From: Lingula anatina
Lineage: Eukaryota; Animalia; Brachiopoda
Assembly (NCBI GenBank): GCA_051362555.1
Contig: CM120647.1
Coordinates: 12,624,651-12,688,650, forward strand
Direction: 5' to 3'
DNA length: 64,000 bases
The notes beneath the pieces are model-generated. The model was not told the origin of the DNA, did no database searches, and was given only the letters and a program-made list of their open reading frames with translations. The first letter of the stretch is position 1, and each line of letters opens with the position of its first letter. Made by a program: the position numbers and the translations under genes. Shown in pieces: positions 27,237-39,500 of the stretch.

Positions 27237-27597
27237 CTTCTTCAGCAGGACTGCCTTGTTTCTCAGCTTTCTCATACTTCTTTGCCGCCTGAGATAGCCC
27301 CTTCTTGTTAGTTAGCTTTCTGTAGCAAGAAAAGTGACATCGTGGTTTGGCTTCCAAATCGTCGAATCCTTTATCTAAATCCGTACTTTACGGATCCACT
27401 GAACAGCAGCGGCTTCTCTGCTGCCAAATTTCCGCCATTGTTTCGCTGCGACTCTAAAATTTTCCCAGCGAACACGTGTGATGGTATCTAGAGTCTCTTA
27501 ATTAGCTACCTTCTTCTATGTGCATGCAACACGAAAGATGAGAATTTGGCGAAGATTTCGCGTCTCCCTCCTCAGACTCTTCATTACAGCCGACCAT
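27237..27597 (-). pseudogene. Frameshifted exon 1 of the Academ-type transposase
   Basis: ATG at 27597 just inside the inverted repeat. Reads MVGCNEES..CCMH / RWENFRVAAKQWRKF / PRCHFSCYRKLTNKKGLSQAAKK over two frameshifts and ends at a phase-1 donor G|GTATGT. Confidence 0.65.
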
Positions 27598-30500
27598 GCT
27601 GCTTTGTTTACATGGCATGGCCTGGTGGGAAGGTGACGTGACCCCCTTTCCGTTGCTTTGATTGGTTAATCTGATCTGAATCTGATTAAAAGGCTCGAAC
27701 GGCGGGGCTATTTATTTTGATGTTTCGGCATAAATACTACCGCAATTATCTATATGTTGCCGCACCTCTCGGTTGCCGAATTTATTGTGGATATTCTTTT
27801 ACTGTTTATCTTAATGCACCGTGAAAATTGTTTGGCCACATCACATATTGAAGGAAAGAGCTTTTCTAAACGCTTTTATGCATATCAGGTAGGGGACTAT
27901 GCGTGGTAACGCTGCTGGCTTACATACAGGCAGACTCTCGGTCGCTAGTTCAAGTCACAGTAGTTATCGCCTCATTTCTCTTTTTGCCAGTAATTTTTGA
28001 AAATTGCGATTGATTACTATGAGAGGAAACTCGCACGTACGGAGGGTGGGCGGGTCTGTCACGGAGCAGTCGGTAGCGTGCATGGGTACAAATGAGACAT
28101 CAAAAGCGTCATCAACCATGGTAACTCAAAGTCACGGGTTCGAGTCCCGGATGAGGCACGTCAGTCCAACACTACAACGACCTTCCCCCTGAATCGGGAT
28201 GTCACGAGACGGGAACGAATGAGGGATCTCGTGGGACTTAGCAAATAACCTTTTGCATAAAAATACGGTATACTTTAGAAAGTTTACATCTGCGTCGATA
28301 ATTCTATTTCCTTTCTCTTCAGTTAAAAGGCCTTATATTGGTGCCACAGATCTTGAACTTAAATTGAGCTATAACGAACTCCGTATGGCTTGCATTTCAT
28401 CAAAATGTGCTATCTTCTTGGTGGGATTATCAGAGAGAAAACTTTTCATTTTTTACTAAAGTTGCGTCACCTCTACTCCTTTTATCAGGCACGCATTTTG
28501 TTTGTTTGTTTGTTTCTTTTTTTTAATGCCCTTCCTTTCCTATGTTGGACCCTTGCTTCTCAAGATGTTCATATGTTCATACAGTACCCGGGGCAAGTTA
28601 GCAGTCGACATTTGAAAGAGTAAGGACAACTCAATACTTAAACTGCCGAGGTGTGAACAGCTGTGGACGTCATCGTGCTCCACAACGTCAAAGGTGAAAC
28701 CAAACGTTATCTCAATGCAAAACCAAATGAAAATAAAAGCATCCGAAGTCAGCTTACTAGGAACGTACTAAGCAGGCCTATCAGTGGATACGATCCAAAT
28801 TGTTTTGATTCTGTAGCTTTTCTGGTATTAAAGAACGTCATACCACCTGTTAACCAAACGATATCTCCTCGGCGGAATTATTTGCCAAATTTGTTTTACT
28901 GAAAATTTCCGTGGCGGCAATCGCACCAGTAATTAAACACTTGAATGTATTTTTTTTTATTCTCTCCTCTTATGGTCTCGCTAAAATTAAAACCCTCCTG
29001 TTGTGAACCGCCTTTGATCGCAAGGTACTCTTTAATATCATGGGTAAAGCCAAAACCAATCTTAGTATAAAACCAACTCCGAGCTCCGAGTCGGGTTGTC
29101 AAACACGACTTCGTGTACATCATGAAGTTCACCGTTCATTTCGGGGACTGGGGTTGCGTGGGCTGAAATGCGTCACCCGGATTATCGATTGCGACAGCAG
29201 GTCTCAACATGCACACCTAATCTGGCGCTCTCCGTGACGAGGTTGAAAGTTTCCATCTGATCCATCAGAATCAACGGAGCTGTCGTGGCTACGTGGTAAC
29301 GCTGCTGGCTTACATACAGGCAGACTCTCGGTCGCTAGTTCGAGTCACAGTAGTTATCTTCTCATTTCTCTTTTTGCCAGAATTAATTTTTGAAAATTGC
29401 GATTGATTACTATAAGAGGAAACTCGCACGTACGGAGGGTGGGCGGGTCTGTCACGGAGCAGTCGGTAGCGTGCATGGATACAAATGAGACATCAAAAGC
29501 GTCATCAACAATGGTAACTCAAAGTCACGGGTTCGAGTCCCGGAAGAGGCACGTCAGTCCATCACTACAACGACCTTGCCCCTGAATCGGGATGTCACGA
29601 GACGGGAACGAATAAGGGATCTCGTGGGACTTAGCAAATTACCTTTTGCATAAAAATACGGTATACTTTAGAAAGTTTACATCTGCGTCGACAATTCTAT
29701 TTCCTTTCTCTTCAGTTAAAAGGCCTTATATTGGTGCCACAGATCTTGAACTTAAATTGAGCTATAACGAACTCCGTATGGCTTGCATTTCATCAAAATG
29801 TGCTATCTTCTTGGTGGGATTATCAGAGAGAAAACTTTTCATTTTTTACTAAAGTTGCGTCACCTCTACTCCTTTTATCAGGCACGCATTTTGTTTGTTT
29901 GTTTGTTTGTTTGTTTGTTTTTATGCCCTTCCTTTCCTATCTTGGGCCCTTGCTTCTCAAGATGTTCATATGTTCATACAGTACCCGGGGCAAGTTAGCA
30001 GTCGACATTTGAAAGAGTAAAGACTACTCAATACTTAAACTGCCGAGGTGTGAACAGCTGTGGACGTCATCGTGCTCCACAATGTCAAAGGTGAAACCAA
30101 ACGTTATCTCAATGCAAAACCAAATGAAAATAAAAGCATCCGAAGTCAGCTTACTAAGAACGTACTAAGCAGGCCTATCAGTGAATACGATCCAAATTGT
30201 TTTGATTCTGTAGCTTTTCCGGTATTAAAGCACGCCATACCACCAGTAGATAAACGATATCTCCTCGGCGAAATTATTTGCCAAATTTGTCTTACTGAAA
30301 ATTTCCGTGGCTGCAATCGAACCAGTAATTAAACACTTGAATGTATTTTTTTTTAATTCTCTCCTCTTACGGTCTCGCTAAAATTAAAACCCTCCTGTTG
30401 TGAACCGCCTCTGATCCCAAGGTACTCTTTAATATCATGGGTAAAGCCAAAACCAATCTTAGTATAAAACCAACTCCGAGCTCCGAGTCGGGTTGTCAAA

Positions 30501-33500
30501 CACGACTTCGTGTACATCATGAAGTTCACCGTTCATTTCGGGGACTGGGGTTGCGTGGGCTGAAATGCGTCACCCGGATTATCGATTGCGATAGCAGGTC
30601 TCCACATGCACACCCAATCTGGCGCTCTCCGTGACGAGGTTGAAAGTTTCCATCTGATTCATTAGAATCAACGGAGCTGTCGTGGCTGCGTGGTAACGCT
30701 GCTGGCTTACATACAGGCAGACTCTCGGTCGCTAGTTCAAGTCACAGTAGTTATCGCCTCATTTCTCTTTTTGCCAGAATTAATTTTTGAAAATTGCGAT
30801 TGATTACTATAAGAGGACACTCGCACGTACGGAGGGTGGGCGGGTCTGTCACGGAGCAGTCGGTAGCGTGCATGGGTACAAATGAGACATCAAAAGCGTC
30901 ATCAACCATGGTAACTCAAAGTCACGGGTTCGAGTCCCGGATGAGGCAAGTCAGTCCAACACTACAACGACCTTCCCCCTGAATCGGGATGTCACGAGAC
31001 GGGAACGAATGAGGGATCTCGTGGGACTTAGCAAATTACCTTTTGCATAAAAATACGGTATACTTTAGAAAGTTTACATCTGCGTCGACAATTCTATTTC
31101 CTTTCTCTTCAGTTAAAAGGCCTTATATTGGTGCCACAGATCATGAACTTAAATTGAGCTATGACGAACTCCGTATGGCTTGCATTTCATCAAAATGTGC
31201 TATCTTCTTGGTGGGATTATCAGAGAGAAAACTTTTCATTTTTTACTAAAGTTGCGTCACCTCTACTCCTTTTATCAGGCACGCATTTTGTTTGTTTGTT
31301 TGTTTGTTTCTTTTTTTAATGCCCTTCCTTTCCTATGTTGGACCCTTGCTTCTCAAGATGTTCATATGTTCATACAGTACCCGGGGCAAGTTAGCAGTGG
31401 ACATTTGAAAGAGTAAAGACTACTCAATACTTAAACTGCCGAGGTGTGAACAGCTGTGGACGTCATCGTGCTCCACAACGTCAAAGGTGAAACCAAACGT
31501 TATCTCAATGCAAAACCAAATGAAAATAAAAGCATCCGAAGTCAGCTTACTAGGAACGTACTAAGCAGGCCTATCAGTGGATACGATCCAAATTGTTTTG
31601 ATTCTGTAGCTTTTCTGGTATTAAAGAACGTCATACCACCTGTTAACCAAACGATATCTCCTCGGCGAAATTATTTGCCAAATTTGTCTTACTGAAAATT
31701 TCCGTGGCTGCAATCGCACCAGTAATTAAACACTTGAATGTATTTTTTTTTATTCTCTCCTCTTATGGTCTCGCTAAAATTAAAACCCTCCTGTTGTGGA
31801 CCGCCTCTGATCCCAAGGTACTCTTTAATATCATGGGTAAAGCCAAAACCAATCTTGGTATAAAACCAACTCCGAGCTCTGAGTCGGGTTGTCAAACACG
31901 GCTTCGTGTACATCATGAAGTTCACCGTTCATTTCGGGGACTGGGGTTGCGTGGGCTGAAATGCAGCACCCGGATTATCGATTGCGATAGCAGGTCTCAA
32001 CATGCACACCTAATCTGGCGCTCTCCGTGACGAGGTTGAAAGTTTCCATCTGATCCATTAGAATCAACGGAGCTGTCGTGGCCGCGTGGTTACGCTGCTG
32101 GCTTACATACAGGCAGACTCTCGGTCGCTATTTCGAGTCACAGTAGTTATCGTCTCATTTCTCTTTTTGCCAGAATTAATTTTTGAAAATTGCGATTGAT
32201 TACTATAAGAGGAAACTCGCACGTACGGAGGGTGGGCGGGTTTGTCACGGAGCGTCGGTAGCGTGCATGGATACAAATGAGACATCAAAAGCGTCATCAA
32301 CCATGGTTACTCAAAGTCACGGGTTCGAGTCCCGGATGAGGCAAGTCAGTCCAACACTACAACGACCTTCCCCCTGAATCGGGATGTCACGAGACGGGAA
32401 CGAATGAGGGATCTCGTGGGACTTAGCAAATTACCTTTTGCATAAAAATACGGTATACTTTAGAAAGTTTACATCTGCGTCGACAATTCTATTTCCTTTC
32501 TCTTCAGTTAAAAGGCCTTATATTGGTGCCACAGATCATGAACTTAAATTGAGCTATAACGAACTCCGTATGGCTTGCATTTCATCAAAATGTGCTATCT
32601 TCTTGGTGGGATTATCAGAGAGAAAACTTTTCATTTTTTACTAAAGTTGCGTCACCTCTACTCCTTTTATCAGGCACGCATTTTGTTTGTTTGTTTGTTT
32701 GTTTCTTTTTTTTTAATGCCCTTCCTTTCCTATGTTGGACCCTTGCTTCTCAAGATGTTCATATGTTCATACAGTACCCGGGGCAAGTTAGCAGTCGACA
32801 TTTGAAAGAGTAAAGACTACTCAATACTTAAACTGCCGAGGTGTGAACAGCTGTGGACGTCATCGTGCTCCACAACGTCAAAGGTGAAACCAAACGTTAT
32901 CTCAATGCAAAACCAAATGAAAATAAAAGCATCCGAAGTCAGCTTACTAGGAACGTACTAAGCAGGCCTATCAGTGGATACGATCCAAATTGTTTTGATT
33001 CTGTAGCTTTTCTGGTATTAAAGAACGTCATACCACCTGTTAACCAAACGATATCTCCTCGGCGAAATTATTTGCCAAATTTGTCTTACTGAAAATTTCC
33101 GTGGCTGCAATCGCACCAGTAATTAAACACTTGAATGTATTTTTTTTTATTCTCTCCTCTTATGGTCTCGCTAAAATTAAAACCCTCCTGTTGTGGACCG
33201 CCTCTGATCCCAAGGTACTCTTTAATATCATGGGTAAAGCCAAAACCAATCTTGGTATAAAACCAACTCCGAGCTCTGAGTCGGGTTGTCAAACACGGCT
33301 TCGTGTACATCATGAAGTTCACCGTTCATTTCGGGGACTGGGGTTGCGTGGGCTGAAATGCAGCACCCGGATTATCGATTGCGATAGCAGGTCTCAACAT
33401 GCACACCTAATCTGGCGCTCTCCGTGACGAGGTTGAAAGTTTCCATCTGATCCTTTAGAATCAACGGAGCTGTCGTGGCCGCGTGGTTACGCTGCTGGCT

Positions 33501-36500
33501 TACATACAGGCAGACTCTCTGTCGCTAGTTCGAGTCACAGTAGTTATCGTCTCATTTCTCTTTTTGCCAGAATTAATTTTTGAAAATTGCGATTGATTAC
33601 TATAAGAGGAAACTCGCACGTACGGAGGGTGGGCGGGTCTGTCACGGAGCAGTCGGTAGCGTGCATGGATACAAATGAGACATCAAAAGCGTCATCAACC
33701 ATGGTAACTCAAAGTCACGGGTTCGAGTCCCGGAAGAGGCACGTCAGTCCATCACTACAACGACCTTGCCCCTGAATCGGGATGTCACGAGACGGGAACG
33801 AATGAGGGATCTCGTGGGACTTAGCAAATTACCTTTTGCATAAAATACGGTATACTTTAGAAAGTTTACATCTGCGTCGACAATTCTATTTCCTTTCTCT
33901 TCAGTTAAAAGGCCTGATATTGGTGCCACAGATCTTGAACTTAAATTGAGCTATAACGAACTCCGTATGGCTAGCATTTCATCAAAATGTGGTATCTTCT
34001 TGGTGGGATTATCAGAGAGAAAACTTTTCATTTTTTACTAAAGTTGCGTCACCTCTACTCCTTTTATCAGGCACGCATTTTGTTTGTTTGTTTGTTTGTT
34101 TGTTTGTTTTTATGCCCTTCCTTTCCTATCTTGGGCCCTTGCTTCTCAAGATGTTCATATGTTCATACAGTACCCGGGGCAAGTTAGCAGTCGACATTTG
34201 AAAGAGTAAAGACTACTCAATACTTAAACTGCCGAGGTGTGAACAGCTGTGGACGTCATCGTGCTCCACAATGTCAAAGGTGAAACCAAACGTTATCTCA
34301 ATGCAAAACCAAATGAAAATAAAAGCATCCGAAGTCAGCTTACTAGGAACGTACTGAGCAGGCCTATCAGTGAATACGATCCAAATTGTTTTGATTCTGT
34401 AGCTTTTCCGGTATTAAAGCACGCCATACCACCAGTAGATAAACGATATCTCCTCGGCGAAATTATTTGCCAAATTTGTCTTACTGAAAATTTCCGTGGC
34501 TGCAATCGAACCAGTAATTAAACACTTGAATGTATTTTTTTTTATTCTCTCCTCTTACGGTCTCGCTAAAATTAAAACCCTCCTGTTGTGAACCGCCTCT
34601 GATCCCAAGGTACTCTTTAATATCATGGGTAAAGCCAAAACCAATCTTAGTATAAAACCAACTCCGAGCTCCGAGTCGGGTTGTCAAACACGACTTCGTG
34701 TACATCATGAAGTTTACCGTTCATTTCGGGGACTGGGGTTGCGTGGGCTGAAATGCGTCACCCGGATTATCGATTGCGACAGCAGGTCTCAACATGCACA
34801 CCCAATCTGGCGCTCTCCGTGACGAGGTTGAAAGTTTCCATCTGATCCATGAGAATCAACGGAGCTGTCGTGGCTGCGTGGTAACGCTGCTGGCTTACAT
34901 ACAGGCAGACTCTCGGTCGCTAGTTCAAGTCACAGTAGTTATCGCCTCATTTCTCTTTTTGCCAGAATCAATTTTTGAAAATTGCGATTGATTACTATAA
35001 GAGGAAACTCGCACGTACGGAGGGTGGGCGGGTCTATCACGGAGCAGTCGGTAGCGTGCATGGATACAAATGAGACATCAAAAGCGTCATCAACCATGGT
35101 AACTCAAAGTCACGGGTTCGAGTCCCGGATGAGGCACGTCAGTCCATCACTTCAACGACCTTGCCCCTGAATCGGGATGTCACGAGACGGGAACGAATGA
35201 GGGATCTCGTGGGACTTAGCAAATTACCTTTTGCATAAAAATACGGTATACTTTAGAAAGTTTACATCTGCGTCGACAATTCTATTTCCTTTCTCTTCAG
35301 TTAAAAGGCCTTATATTGGTGCCACAGATCATGAACTTAAATTGAGCTATGACGAACTCCGTATGGCTTGCATTTCATCAAAATGTGCTATCTTCTTGGT
35401 GGGATTATCAGAGAGAAAACTTTTCATTTTTTACTAAAGTTGCGTCACCTCTACTCCTTTTATCAGGCACGCATTTTGTTTGTTTGTTTGTTTGTTTCTT
35501 TTTTTAATGCCCTTCCTTTCCTATGTTGGACCCTTGCTTCTCAAGATGTTCATATGTTCATACAGTACCCGGGGCAAGTTAGCAGTGGACATTTGAAAGA
35601 GTAAAGACTACTCAATACTTAAACTGCCGAGGTGTGAACAGCTGTGGACGTCATCGTGCTCCACAACGTCAAAGGTGAAACCAAACGTTATCTCAATGCA
35701 AAACCAAATGAAAATAAAAGCATCCGAAGTCAGCTTACTAGGAACGTACTAAGCAGGCCTATCAGTGGATACGATCCAAATTGTTTTGATTCTGTAGCTT
35801 TTCTGGTATTAAAGAACGTCATACCACCTGTTAACCAAACGATATCTCCTCGGCGAAATTATTTGCCAAATTTGTCTTACTGAAAATTTCCGTGGCTGCA
35901 ATCGCACCAGTAATTAAACACTTGAATGTATTTTTTTTTATTCTCTCCTCTTATGGTCTCGCTAAAATTAAAACCCTCCTGTTGTGGACCGCCTCTGATC
36001 CCAAGGTACTCTTTAATATCATGGGTAAAGCCAAAACCAATCTTGGTATAAAACCAACTCCGAGCTCTGAGTCGGGTTGTCAAACACGGCTTCGTGTACA
36101 TCATGAAGTTCACCGTTCATTTCGGGGACTGGGGTTGCGTGGGCTGAAATGCAGCACCCGGATTATCGATTGCGATAGCAGGTCTCAACATGCACACCTA
36201 ATCTGGCGCTCTCCGTGACGAGGTTGAAAGTTTCCATCTGATCCATTAGAATCAACGGAGCTGTCGTGGCCGCGTGGTTACGCTGCTGGCTTACATACAG
36301 GCAGACTCTCGGTCGCTATTTCGAGTCACAGTAGTTATCGTCTCATTTCTCTTTTTGCCAGAATTAATTTTTGAAAATTGCGATTGATTACTATAAGAGG
36401 AAACTCGCACGTACGGAGGGTGGGCGGGTTTGTCACGGAGCGTCGGTAGCGTGCATGGATACAAATGAGACATCAAAAGCGTCATCAACCATGGTTACTC

Positions 36501-39500
36501 AAAGTCACGGGTTCGAGTCCCGGATGAGGCAAGTCAGTCCAACACTACAACGACCTTCCCCCTGAATCGGGATGTCACGAGACGGGAACGAATGAGGGAT
36601 CTCGTGGGACTTAGCAAATTACCTTTTGCATAAAAATACGGTATACTTTAGAAAGTTTACATCTGCGTCGACAATTCTATTTCCTTTCTCTTCAGTTAAA
36701 AGGCCTTATATTGGTGCCACAGATCATGAACTTAAATTGAGCTATAACGAACTCCGTATGGCTTGCATTTCATCAAAATGTGCTATCTTCTTGGTGGGAT
36801 TATCAGAGAGAAAACTTTTCATTTTTTACTAAAGTTGCGTCACCTCTACTCCTTTTATCAGGCACGCATTTTGTTTGTTTGTTTGTTTGTTTCTTTTTTT
36901 TTAATGCCCTTCCTTTCCTATGTTGGACCCTTGCTTCTCAAGATGTTCATATGTTCATACAGTACCCGGGGCAAGTTAGCAGTCGACATTTGAAAGAGTA
37001 AAGACTACTCAATACTTAAACTGCCGAGGTGTGAACAGCTGTGGACGTCATCGTGCTCCACAACGTCAAAGGTGAAACCAAACGTTATCTCAATGCAAAA
37101 CCAAATGAAAATAAAAGCATCCGAAGTCAGCTTACTAGGAACGTACTAAGCAGGCCTATCAGTGGATACGATCCAAATTGTTTTGATTCTGTAGCTTTTC
37201 TGGTATTAAAGAACGTCATACCACCTGTTAACCAAACGATATCTCCTCGGCGAAATTATTTGCCAAATTTGTCTTACTGAAAATTTCCGTGGCTGCAATC
37301 GCACCAGTAATTAAACACTTGAATGTATTTTTTTTTATTCTCTCCTCTTATGGTCTCGCTAAAATTAAAACCCTCCTGTTGTGGACCGCCTCTGATCCCA
37401 AGGTACTCTTTAATATCATGGGTAAAGCCAAAACCAATCTTGGTATAAAACCAACTCCGAGCTCTGAGTCGGGTTGTCAAACACGGCTTCGTGTACATCA
37501 TGAAGTTCACCGTTCATTTCGGGGACTGGGGTTGCGTGGGCTGAAATGCAGCACCCGGATTATCGATTGCGATAGCAGGTCTCAACATGCACACCTAATC
37601 TGGCGCTCTCCGTGACGAGGTTGAAAGTTTCCATCTGATCCTTTAGAATCAACGGAGCTGTCGTGGCCGCGTGGTTACGCTGCTGGCTTACATACAGGCA
37701 GACTCTCTGTCGCTAGTTCGAGTCACAGTAGTTATCGTCTCATTTCTCTTTTTGCCAGAATTAATTTTTGAAAATTGCGATTGATTACTATAAGAGGAAA
37801 CTCGCACGTACGGAGGGTGGGCGGGTCTGTCACGGAGCAGTCGGTAGCGTGCATGGATACAAATGAGACATCAAAAGCGTCATCAACCATGGTAACTCAA
37901 AGTCACGGGTTCGAGTCCCGGAAGAGGCACGTCAGTCCATCACTACAACGACCTTGCCCCTGAATCGGGATGTCACGAGACGGGAACGAATGAGGGATCT
38001 CGTGGGACTTAGCAAATTACCTTTTGCATAAAATACGGTATACTTTAGAAAGTTTACATCTGCGTCGACAATTCTATTTCCTTTCTCTTCAGTTAAAAGG
38101 CCTGATATTGGTGCCACAGATCTTGAACTTAAATTGAGCTATAACGAACTCCGTATGGCTAGCATTTCATCAAAATGTGGTATCTTCTTGGTGGGATTAT
38201 CAGAGAGAAAACTTTTCATTTTTTACTAAAGTTGCGTCACCTCTACTCCTTTTATCAGGCACGCATTTTGTTTGTTTGTTTGTTTGTTTGTTTGTTTTTA
38301 TGCCCTTCCTTTCCTATCTTGGGCCCTTGCTTCTCAAGATGTTCATATGTTCATACAGTACCCGGGGCAAGTTAGCAGTCGACATTTGAAAGAGTAAAGA
38401 CTACTCAATACTTAAACTGCCGAGGTGTGAACAGCTGTGGACGTCATCGTGCTCCACAATGTCAAAGGTGAAACCAAACGTTATCTCAATGCAAAACCAA
38501 ATGAAAATAAAAGCATCCGAAGTCAGCTTACTAGGAACGTACTGAGCAGGCCTATCAGTGAATACGATCCAAATTGTTTTGATTCTGTAGCTTTTCCGGT
38601 ATTAAAGCACGCCATACCACCAGTAGATAAACGATATCTCCTCGGCGAAATTATTTGCCAAATTTGTCTTACTGAAAATTTCCGTGGCTGCAATCGAACC
38701 AGTAATTAAACACTTGAATGTATTTTTTTTTATTCTCTCCTCTTACGGTCTCGCTAAAATTAAAACCCTCCTGTTGTGAACCGCCTCTGATCCCAAGGTA
38801 CTCTTTAATATCATGGGTAAAGCCAAAACCAATCTTAGTATAAAACCAACTCCGAGCTCCGAGTCGGGTTGTCAAACACGACTTCGTGTACATCATGAAG
38901 TTTACCGTTCATTTCGGGGACTGGGGTTGCGTGGGCTGAAATGCGTCACCCGGATTATCGATTGCGACAGCAGGTCTCAACATGCACACCCAATCTGGCG
39001 CTCTCCGTGACGAGGTTGAAAGTTTCCATCTGATCCATGAGAATCAACGGAGCTGTCGTGGCTGCGTGGTAACGCTGCTGGCTTACATACAGGCAGACTC
39101 TCGGTCGCTAGTTCAAGTCACAGTAGTTATCGCCTCATTTCTCTTTTTGCCAGAATTAATTTTTGAAAATTGCGATTGATTACTATAAGAGGAAACTCGC
39201 ACGTACGGAGGGTGGGCGGGTCTGTCACGGAGCAGTCGGTAGCGTGCATGGATACAAATGAGACATCAAAAGCGTCATCAACCATGGTAACTCATAGTCA
39301 CGGGTTCGAGTCCCGGATGAGGCACGTCAGTCCATCACTTCAACGACCTTGCCCCTGAATCGGGATGTCACGAGACGGGAACGAATGAGGGATCTCGTGG
39401 GACTTAGCAAATTACCTTTTGCATAAAAATACGGTATACTTTAGAAAGTTTACATCTGCGTCGACAATTCTATTTCCTTTCTCTTCAGTTAAAAGGCCTT

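Larger units (their letters stand above)
23945..27899 (-). mobile_element. Non-autonomous Academ-type DNA transposon inserted in the array
   Basis: Ends TAGTCCCTTACCT / AGGTAGGGGACTA (12 of 13 inverted match); 3-bp TSD TGC at 23942-23944 and 27900-27902; long imperfect subterminal inverted repeats (~23994-24240 vs ~27633-27839). The other units show the empty site GGCTGCGTGG. TAG..CTA termini with 3-4 bp TSDs are characteristic of Academ. Confidence 0.85.
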
